Shown: positions 54,200 through 64,000 of the stretch, one piece after another | How the letters are laid out: each line of letters opens with the position of its first letter | Numbering within the stretch: the stretch's first letter is position 1 | Origin: Eledone cirrhosa | Taxonomy: Eukaryota | DNA: 64,000 bases | Assembly (NCBI GenBank): GCA_964016885.1 | Contig: OZ024742.1 | Location: forward strand, 369,644,001 to 369,708,000 | Direction of reading: 5' to 3' | The notes under the pieces: generated by a model | The model's input: the letters and a program-made list of their open reading frames with translations, nothing else | What the model was told of the DNA's origin: nothing | Database searches by the model: none | Program-made: the position numbers and the translations under genes

Positions 54200-56608
54200 T
54201 ACGGATGAGATCTGTGGCTGGAGTAAGACCACAAGCAGGAGGAGAGTGACTTGGTGGTGGAACAATAAGGTAGATGAGGCAGTTAAGGCCAAGAGACAGG
54301 CATGGAAAGAATGGAAGAACGGGGGGAGCAGGGTACATTACATAGAGACCAAGAAGGGAGCTAGGCGACAAGTATACTTAGCTAGGAGGGAAGCAGAGGA
54401 TAGAAAATTCAAGCATGTTTTGCAACGTGAGGACCAGAAACAGGAGGTGTTCAAGATTACGAGGCAGTGTGTCAGTGAGAATTGTGATGTCATTGGAGAG
54501 AAGTGTATCCGGAATGATAAAGGTGAGCTTGCACTCACAAGTGCTGAGAAGAAAGCTGCATGGAAGAGCCATTATGATAGATTACTAAATGAGGAGAATG
54601 CATGGGAAGAAGAGACCCTACCCCAAGTAGACCCTATAGAGGGGCCAGCAGTACAAGTCAGCAGCAGTGTAGTAAGTAAGGCAATCAAAGATATGAAGAT
54701 GGGGAAGGCAACCGGTCCATCGGGTATAGCTGCCGAGATGCTGAAGGCATCTGGGTCTGTAGGTCACACTATAACCACACGTATTGTTAACCAGGTAATA
54801 CTAGAAGGTGTCATACCAAAAGATTGGTGCAGTAGCATCATTGTCAACTTCTACAAAGGTAAAGGTGATGCACTAGATAGAGGAAACTATAGAGGTATAA
54901 AGCTGATGGACCCGGTCATGAAAGTAACAGAAAGAGTTATGGCACAGTTGATTAGGGACCGGGTGAAACTAGATGAGATGCAATTTCGGGTTTGTACCAG
55001 GAAGAGGCACCAATGATGCCCTCTTCCTTGTGAGGCAGTACAGGAAAAGTACCTAGCTAAAAGTAAGCCACTCTACCTGGCATTCGTCGATCTCGCGAAA
55101 GCCTTTGACAGAGTTCCGCGTGATGTAATCTGGTGGGCTCTTAGAAAGCTAGGAGTAGATGAATGGCTTGTGAAAGCTGTACAAGCCATGTATAGGGGAG
55201 CAGTCAGCAAAGTTAGGATTGGCAATGAGTATAGCGAGGAATTTAGCGTACAGGAATTTAGCGAGGAATTTAGCGTCCACCAGGGCTCTGTTCTTAGCCC
55301 TCTCCTGTTCATCATAGTCCTGCAGGCGGAGGAGTTTAAGACCGGATGCACATGGGAACTCCTGTATGCTGATGACCTCGCACTCATAGCTGAATCTATG
55401 GTAGAACTAGAGAAGAAATTCCAAACTTGGAAGCAGGGACTAGAAAGAAAGGGTCTCAAAGTCAACATGACAAAGACTAAGGTCCTTGTAAGTAGACGAG
55501 AAAACAGAACCCAGATCCCCTCAGGGAAATGGCCTTGCTCAGTATGTAGGAACTCCATTCTCTGCCCCAAATGTAAACAATGGGTACACAAGAGATGTAG
55601 CGGGTTCTCAGGAAGCTTAATTAAGAATGTAGGCTTCACATGCAGCAGCTGTGCTGGGATAGCAAGCAGCAAACAGCCACAGGAAACAAGTACCACAAAT
55701 ATCTGGGAGGGCTCTGTAGAAACAGTAGACAGCTTCTGCTACCTAGGTGACCGAATTAGCAGCGGAGGTGGGTGTTCAGAAAGTACAATAACTAGGATAA
55801 GAACGGGATGGAAGAAGTTCAGGGAACTACTGCCACTGCTAGCTGCAAAAGGCTTCTCCCTCAAAATGAAAGGCAGACTGTATGATGCGTGTATCCGAAC
55901 AGCGATGTTGCATGGTAGTGAGACCTGGGCGCTGAAGGTGGAAGACTTACGTAGATTAGAGAGAAACGAAGCCTGCATGCTCCGATGGATGTGTAATCGT
56001 AATATACGCGAACGGCAAAACATAAATGAATTGAGAGAGAGACTGAGCATAAGAGGAATCAAATGCTGTATGCAGGAGAGGCGGTTGCGTTGGTATGGAC
56101 ATGTGATGCGTATGAAGGATGACAGCTGCATAAAAAGGTGCAGAGCACTAGAAGTCAATGGAAACCGCGGAGTGGGGAGACCCAAGAAGACCTGGGATGA
56201 GGTGACAAAAGCCGATCTTACCCAATTACACCTCTCAAAGGCGATGACACACGACCGTGACCTCTGGCGTCACGCAGTAATACAGAAGACTCGACCTCCC
56301 ATGGGTACAAGCTGAAGCATATAGACAATATGCCCCACACCCTCCCACTGCAAGGTGGTCGTAGAGGTGCCACGGCAAAAAAGCACCCAGCCCACACTGT
56401 AAAGTGGGCGTGTAGGCGCCACTAAAAAGCACCCAGCACTCACTGCAAATGAGGTTGGTGTTAGGAAGGGCATCCAGCTGTAGAAATCAAGCCAGAATCA
56501 GTTCCTGTATGAGCAAGGCATGGTCAGCCGACCAGACACTGCCCACAACAGGACAACCCGTCTAACCCATGCTAGCGTGGAAGAACGGACGTAAAACGGT
56601 GATGATGA

Positions 56609-56612
<4 letters not shown>
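54200..56612 (+). mobile_element. RTE LINE, 5'-truncated, RT with internal Cys-rich (PHD-like) insert
   Basis: TWWWN, NYRGIKL, DLAKAFD, HQGSVLSP, LLYADD, WPCSVC..C..C..WVHKRC..C..C, GRPKKTW, (GAT)n tail; frameshifts near 54990-55040. Confidence 0.9.
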
Positions 56613-56644
<32 letters not shown>

Positions 56645-57007
56645 GAATAATCGAGTATCGAAAAATCGGCGCACGAGTTCACGATAAACAAAATTCGAGA
56701 TGAGCGGCAGAGGGCTCTATAATTCAAATAAATTAGAGCTATAACTATCGTTAAAATACCGTCACACGTAGAATATGTCTACAATCAACCAAATAACCGA
56801 AAAGTTCGAAATGGAAGATTCGGGACACTCAGATAAATTATCAATAAATCAATAAATGAAATGAATGTAAAATGCATACCCGGACCCACTAGAGAGATGG
56901 AATATCTAGCTTCTTGGGTTTCTGTAAATCCTTAAACCGTCATCTATCAGCTCATATAAAAATATAAGACTTACAGACAATCGGGGGACTGGAGTTACTT
57001 CATCAAC

Positions 57008-57164
57008 GACTGGGTAATTTCTAGCCTTGTGCCTAAAGTAGAAACAATTATTATTAATAGTATTATTATTATTCTCTACATTCCTTACATCAAACTAAAA
57101 TATGTTGACAATCTTTTAATAATGTCTTCTTTGTGAAATTTGTGGTCTTGTTTTGCTTAACTAA

Positions 57165-57248
<84 letters not shown>

Positions 57249-57405
57249 TTAGTTAAGCAAAACAAGACCACAAATTTCACAAAGAAGACATTATTAAAAG
57301 ATTGTCAACATATTTTAGTTTGATGTAAGGAATGTAGAGAATAATAATAATACTATTAATAATAATTGTTTCTACTTTAGGCACAAGGCTAGAAATTACC
57401 CAGTC
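57008..57405. repeat. Palindrome with ~160-bp arms centred on (TA)n
   Basis: 57008-57170 is the reverse complement of 57243-57405; third direct copy at ~57890-58003. Confidence 0.9.
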
Positions 57406-57550
57406 CATTACTGGTACTTTATTTTATCGACCCCGTAAGGATGAAAGGCAAAGTCAACCTCGGCGGGATTTGAACTCAGATCGTAAAGGGACGTAACTAT
57501 GCTGGAAAGCATGGCGTCCGACCCTCTACCGATACTGCCAATCCACCGCC
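57360..57550 (-). mobile_element. tRNA-derived SINE
   Basis: Reverse complement of the 25818 family. Confidence 0.8.
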
Positions 57551-58179
57551 ACAAAAAACAGAGTGGCTTATCAGAACTTCAAAGGAATATAAATTGAAAT
57601 AATGGGATAATGTTACATAATATACTGTTCCATATATTGGTTTTTACTATGGTGTCTTGGTTGCATCAGTTGTCAGCCATAATCAAGCAGTATTCATCTG
57701 TCGAGGCTGCATTGTGTGAGATCTGCCTATGGGTAACTTATATTCCTTTGAAGTTCCGATGAGCCACTCTGTTTTTTAAATATGTTAATTATTTTCAACT
57801 GAACCAGATCAGTTATGATATATAGTCATCTGATCCAGAAATAATATATGGAGTAGCGAAACAATTGTAAACGGACATTATTATTATTAATATTATTATT
57901 ATTATTCTCTACATTCCTTACATCAAACTAAAATATGTTGACAATCTTTTAATAATGTCTTCCTTGTGAAATTTGTGATCTTGTTTTGCTTAACTAATGA
58001 ATATTTCCAGCTCTGCGCACCTAACTTCTGCATGAACCCAGCCACCTAGCTGCTTTCTACTGCATATTGCACATTGAGCACATATCTTTACGCTTTGGCT
58101 TCTAACTAACTCACCAATCTCTCCTCTCATATCTCCTCTACTATCTCCATCTCTCTCTTTAAGATTGGTTACTCTTGAA

Positions 58180-58230
<51 letters not shown>

Positions 58231-58411
58231 CTTATTCATTATACAAACAACAAAATCCCCGATGACATAGATGGAGTTTATGAACCAGAAGGGGTCACTC
58301 AGCTTCTATATTAATTTATAAGGGCTCAGAACAAAACACTGGTCAAACAAAATATTCATTCAATCAATATTCAGCACTGATCAATATAGAAAGGTGGACA
58401 TGCTCCCCACA

Positions 58412-58890
58412 CAGTGTTGCTGCCATGACAACAAAATATACCCAGTTTACCCTGTATGGTGATAGTGCTGCTGCCATGACAACAAAATATACCCAGTTTA
58501 CCCTGTATGATGATAGTGCTGCTGCCATGACAACAAAATATACCCAGTTTACCCTGTATGATGATAGTGCTGCTGCCATGACAACAAAATATACCCAGTT
58601 TACCCTGTATGATGATAGTGCTGCTGCCATGACAACAAAATATACCCAGTTTACCCTGTATGATGATAGTGCTGCTGCCATGACAACAAAATATACCCAG
58701 TTTACCCTGTATGGTGATAGTGCTGCTGCCATGACAACAAAATATACCCAGTTTACCCTGTATGGTGATAGTGCTGCTGCCATGACAACAAAATATACCC
58801 AGTTTACCCTGTATGGTGATAGTGCTGCTGCCATGACAACAAAATATACCCAGTTTACCCTGTATGGTGATAGTGCTGCTGCCATGACAA
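58412..58890 (+). repeat. 51-bp tandem repeat (~9.5 copies) within an RTE-type 3' UTR
   Basis: Unit atgacaacaaaatatacccagtttaccctgtatggtgatagtgctgctgcc; followed by degenerate units and an RTE tail to ~59250. Confidence 0.9.
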
Positions 58891-60175
58891 CAGAAACCAT
58901 CCAATACACCCTGTCAGGTGGTTGTACTGGTGCCATGACAAAAAACACCCTGTCCTTCCAGTAAGATTGTCGTGCTGGTACCATAACAAAAAAGTGCCTA
59001 GTCCAACATGGTCATTCTGGTACCTTAATGGGAAGCACTCAGTTCCCTCCGTAAAGTAGGAGTGGTGGTACCATGTATAAAACTTCCAGTACACACTGTA
59101 ATGTGGTTGGCATTAGGAAGAAGATGCCGCTGTAAAAACCAAACCAAAATTAGCAATATGAGCAAGATGTGGTCACCTGACATGACCGGGCAGGCTACAC
59201 AACCTCACAACCCATCTAGCAGGGAAAATAGACATTAAATGCTGATGGTAATGAGTCAATGTCTATACCCATTTGAGGAACCTGTGGCCTGAGGAGCCAA
59301 ATCCTATCATTGCATAATCTTTTTCCTTGTATTTATAGCATTTACAGTCCTTTCCAATACCACCTTCGTTTTCTATATACTTGACTAAATATTAAATTCC
59401 TTATTATGTTCATCTAATTTTTTCCTAGAAATATATTTGACTATTTTGAAATATTATGAAATTGTGAATGGTTTTGAGCCAGGCCATTAGTGAAACATGT
59501 GTAACAAAATAAACATATGGTAAATTGATTTCTCTTTCTCTCTTGGTATATTATATGTTGTGTGTGTATGTATGTGTGTGGTATGTGTGTGTGTGTGTAT
59601 GTATGTGTATGTGTATATATATGTGTGTGTATGTGTGGTGTGTGTGAATGTATGCGTATGTGTGTATGTATGTGTGTATATGTATGTGTGTATGTCTATG
59701 TATATGTGTGTGTATATGCATACGTATGTATATCTATATGTGTGTGTATATATGTATATGTGTGTGTGTGTATGTATGTGTGTATGTGTATGTATGTGTG
59801 TATATGTATGTGTTGTGTGTGTTTATGTGTGTTTGTGTGTGTATATGGGTGTATATATGTATGTGTGTGTTTGGCCATGTATGATAATGTCAGAAATCAG
59901 TATATCTATCGATTTATGATCTAATTAGCAAATGATCAGCAATTGCTGAAACTTCATTTACTACCCACAATTCCATGATAACACCTTTCACTATTTATCA
60001 ACTTTTAGTTAACTAAATTGTATTTTTATTTCATTTTGACATTTCTATTTCTTTATTTTTTATTTATTTATCAATCTACAAGAAACCATTTACTGTTACC
60101 ATAGCAACAGCAAGTTAAAATCTGATTAGTCTGCTCATAAAATATTCAAGTGACTTTTTGTTGGTTTTAGTTGGA

Positions 60176-60232
60176 ACAATAACAACAGCACAACAACAGC
60201 ACAACAACAACAACAACAACAACAACAACAGC

Positions 60233-60284
<52 letters not shown>

Positions 60285-60469
60285 CAGCAACAACAACAAC
60301 AACAGCAACAACAACAACACAACAACAACAACAACAACATAACAACAACAACAACAATAACAATAACAACATAACAACAACAACAACAACAACAACACAA
60401 CAACAACAACAACAGCAACAACAACAACAGCAACAACAACAACAACAACAACAACAGCAACAACAACAT

Positions 60470-60553
<84 letters not shown>

Positions 60554-60600
60554 GAAACAACAACATAACAACAACAACATAACAACAGCAACAACAACAT

Positions 60601-60646
<46 letters not shown>

Positions 60647-60650
60647 CAGC

Positions 60651-60681
<31 letters not shown>

Positions 60682-60793
60682 CAACAACAACAACAACAAC
60701 ATAGCAACAACAACAACAATAACAACAACAACATAACAACAACAACAACAACAACACAACAACAACAACAACAACAGCAACAACAACAACAGC

Positions 60794-60839
<46 letters not shown>

Positions 60840-60864
60840 TAACAACAACAACAACAACAACAAC

Positions 60865-60918
<54 letters not shown>

Positions 60919-60965
60919 GAAACAACAACATAACAACAACAACATAACAACAGCAACAACAACAT

Positions 60966-61011
<46 letters not shown>

Positions 61012-61062
61012 TAACAACAACAACAACAACAACAGCAACAGCAGCAGCAGCAGCAACAACAA
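60176..61062. repeat. (AAC)n microsatellite
   Basis: Direct inspection. Confidence 0.95.
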
Positions 61063-61362
61063 AATCTTACAGAATTCTATCTGGGTACATTGCAAGTCTG
61101 GTTAAATAGTTTAGTCGTCAACCAGGAGGTTTATGGTTCAATTCCACTGTATGACATCTTGGGAAAGTGTCTTTGTCATGACCTTAGAGTGACCCAACAC
61201 TTGAGAATGAAATTGGGTGGAGGGAACTGCAGAAGCCCATTGGATGAATTAGATCAGTAATTCAATGATTCAGCCTTATTACATTGTGCTGGCATTTACC
61301 AGTAATGTACTGAGTAGTTGCTGGCCTTGTGCCTAAAGTAGAAACAATTATTTGAGGTTTAG

Positions 61363-61552
61363 GGTGGTGGATTGGCAGTATCGGTAGAGGGTCGGATCCC
61401 ATGCTTTGCAGCAAAGAGTTACGGCCCTTTATGGTCTGAGTTCAAATCCCGCCAAGTTTAACTTTGCCTTTCATCCTTACGGGGTCGATAAAATAAAGTA
61501 CCAGTATTACACTGGGATAATTGCTCGCCGTGTGCCAAAAGTAGACAATTAT
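61363..61552 (+). mobile_element. tRNA-derived SINE
   Basis: Same family as 25818-26000. Confidence 0.8.
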
Positions 61553-61574
61553 TTGAGGTCTAAATTAGGGCTAC

Positions 61575-63016
61575 CTGTAAAGTGGTCAGGTAGGTGTCAC
61601 AACAATAAGAACCCAGTCCACACTTTAAAGTGGTCATGTAGGTGTCACAACAAAAAGCGCCCAGTACACTCTGTAAAGTGGTCATGTTGGTGTCATGACA
61701 ACAAGGACCCAGTCCACACTGTAAAGTGGTCAGGTAGGTGTCACAACAATAAGAACCCAGTCCACACTTTAAAGTGGTCATATAGGTGTCACAACAAAAA
61801 GCGCCCAGTACACTCTGTAAAGTGGTCATGTTGGTGTCATAACAACAAGGACCCAGTCCACACTGTAAAGTGGTCAGGTAGGTGTCACAACAATAAGAAC
61901 CCAGTCCACACTTTAAAGTGGTCATGTAGGTGTCACAACAAAAAGCGCCCAGTACACTCTGTAAAGTGGTCATGTTGGTGTCATGACAACAAGGACCCAG
62001 TCCACACTGTAAAGTGGTCAGGTAGGTGTCACAACAATAAGAACCCAGTCCACACTTTAAAGTGGTCATATAGGTGTCACAACAAAAAGCGCCCAGTACA
62101 CTCTGTAAAGTGGTCATGTTGGTGTCATGACAACAAGGACCCAGTCCACACTGTAAAGTGGTCAGGTAGGTGTCACAACAATAAGAACCCAGTCCACACT
62201 TTAAAGTGGTCATATAGGTGTCACAACAAAAAGCGCCCAGTACACTCTGTAAAGTGGTCATGTTGGTGTCATGACAACAAGGACCCAGTCCACACTGTAA
62301 AGTGGTCAGGTAGGTGTCACAACAATAAGAACCCAGTCCACACTTTAAAGTGGTCATATAGGTGTCACAACAAAAAGCGCCCAGTACACTCTGTAAAGTG
62401 GTCATGTTGGTGTCATGACAACAAGGACCCAGTCCACACTGTAAAGTGGTCAGGTAGGTGTCACAACAATAAGAACCCAGTCCACACTTTAAAGTGGTCA
62501 TATAGGTGTCACAACAAAAAGCGCCCAGTACACTCTGTAAAGTGGTCATGTTGGTGTCATGACAACAAGGACCCAGTCCACACTGTAAAGTGGTCAGGTA
62601 GGTGTCACAACAATAAGAACCCAGTCCACACTTTAAAGTGGTCATGTAGGTGTCACAACAAAAAGCACCCAGTACACTCTGTAAAGTGGTCGTGTTGGTG
62701 TCATGACAACAAGGACCCAGTCCACACTGTAAAGTGGTCAGGTAGGTGTCACAACAATAAGAACCCAGTCCACACTTTAAAGTGGTCATATAGGTGTCAC
62801 AACAAAAAGCGCCCAGTACACTCTGTAAAGTGGTCATGTTGGTGTCATGACAACAAGGACCCAGTCCACACTGTAAAGTGGTCAGGTAGGTGTCACAACA
62901 ATAAGAACCCAGTCCACACTTTAAAGTGGTCATGTAGGTGTCACAACAAAAAGCACCCAGTACACTCTGTAAAGTGGTCGTGTTGGTGTCATGACAACAA
63001 GGACCCAGTCCACACT
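61575..63016 (+). repeat. Satellite: 144-bp higher-order repeat (3 x 48 bp), ~10 copies
   Basis: Three diverged 48-bp monomers cycle in order; 61861 and 62581 (720 = 5 x 144 apart) are in register. Confidence 0.95.
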
Positions 63017-64000
63017 GGTGGTGGTGATGGTGGTGGTGGTGGTGGTGTTGGTGGTGGTGGTGGTGGTGGTGATGGTGGTGGTGGTGATGGTGGTGGTGGT
63101 GGTGGTGGTGGTGGTGTTGGTGGTGTTGGTGTTGGTGGTGGTGGTGGTGGTAATGGTGGTGGTGGTGGTGATGGTGGTGATGGTGGTGGTGGTGGTGGTG
63201 GTGTTGATGGTGGTGGTGGTGGTGGTGGTGGTGTTGGTGGTGGTGGTGGTGGTGGTGGTGGTGGTGGTGGTGGTAATGGTGGTTGTGGTGGTGATGGTGG
63301 TGGTGGTGGTAGTGGTGGTGGTGGTGGTGGTGATGGTGGTGGTGTTGGTGGTGGTGGTGGTGGTGGTGGTGGTGTTGGTGGTGGTGGTGGTGGTGGTGGT
63401 GGTAATGGTGGTGGTGGTGGTGATGGTGGTGATGGTGGTGGTGGTGGTGGTGGTGGTGGTGTTGTTGGTGGTGGTGGTGGTGGTGATGGTGGTGGTGGTG
63501 GTGGTGGTGGGGTTGGGGTTGGTGGTGGTGTTGGTGATGGTGGTAGTGGTGGTGATGATGGTGGTGGTGGTGGTGGTGGTGGTGTTGGTGATGGTGATGG
63601 TGGTGGTGGTGGTGGTGGTGTTGGTGGTGGTGGTGATGGTGGTAGTGGTGGTGATGAGGGTGGTGGTGGTGGTGGTGATGGTGGTGGTGGTGGTGGTGGT
63701 GGTGATGGTGGTGGTGGTGGTGGTGGTGGTGATGATGGTGGTGGTGGTGATGGTGGTAGTGTTGTTGTTGGTGGTAGTGGTGATGGTGGTGGTGGTGGTG
63801 GTGGTGGTGGTGGTGATGGTGGTGGTGGTGGTGGTGGTGGTGGTGGTGGTGATGGTGGTGGTGGTGGTGGTGAATGGTGGTGGTGGTGATGGTGGTGATG
63901 GTGGTGGTGTTGGTGGTGGTGGTGGTGGTGGTGTTGTTGTTGGTGGTGGTGGTGGTGGTGGTGTTGGTGGTGGTGGTGGTGGTGGTAGTGGTGGTGGTGG
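63017..64000. repeat. Degenerate (GGT)n tract
   Basis: Direct inspection. Confidence 0.95.

Noticed and set aside
58364-58984. Repeat ORFs / CRISPR-like appearance
   Set aside because: Contiguous 51-bp tandem units with no unique spacers; eukaryotic context, no cas genes
60115-61095. Poly-Cys/Leu/Val/Gln ORFs
   Set aside because: (AAC)n microsatellite
61406-63889. 827-aa Cys/His/Trp repeat ORF and antisense 457-aa ORF
   Set aside because: Begins at a TTG within a SINE; satellite unit is a multiple of 3 followed by (GGT)n; no coding evidence

Overview
Repeat-dominated metazoan genomic DNA. The SINE/RTE families and the heavy (TA)n/(CA)n/(ACC)n load suggest a cephalopod (octopus-like) genome; this is inference. 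The only host gene I can recognise is the last two coding exons of a GH56 hyaluronidase (+ strand). The rest is transposable elements: an apparently intact L1/Tx1 LINE running off the left edge, five Penelope-like elements (PLEs, RT + C-terminal GIY-YIG) with tandem or inverted pseudo-LTRs, RTE/CR1/Ingi LINE fragments, Helitrons, a mariner relic, MITEs, SINEs and satellites derived from the RTE 3' UTR. The most striking non-coding signal is about 10 different type I hammerhead ribozyme (HHR) families, found by eye. Several have non-canonical catalytic cores (U3-A8 swap, U4C, U4A) and greatly enlarged stem II or stem III inserts. One belongs to a (TA)n-targeting PLE family whose copies end at fixed positions relative to the predicted cleavage site. 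All folds were read manually and none was computed or tested.
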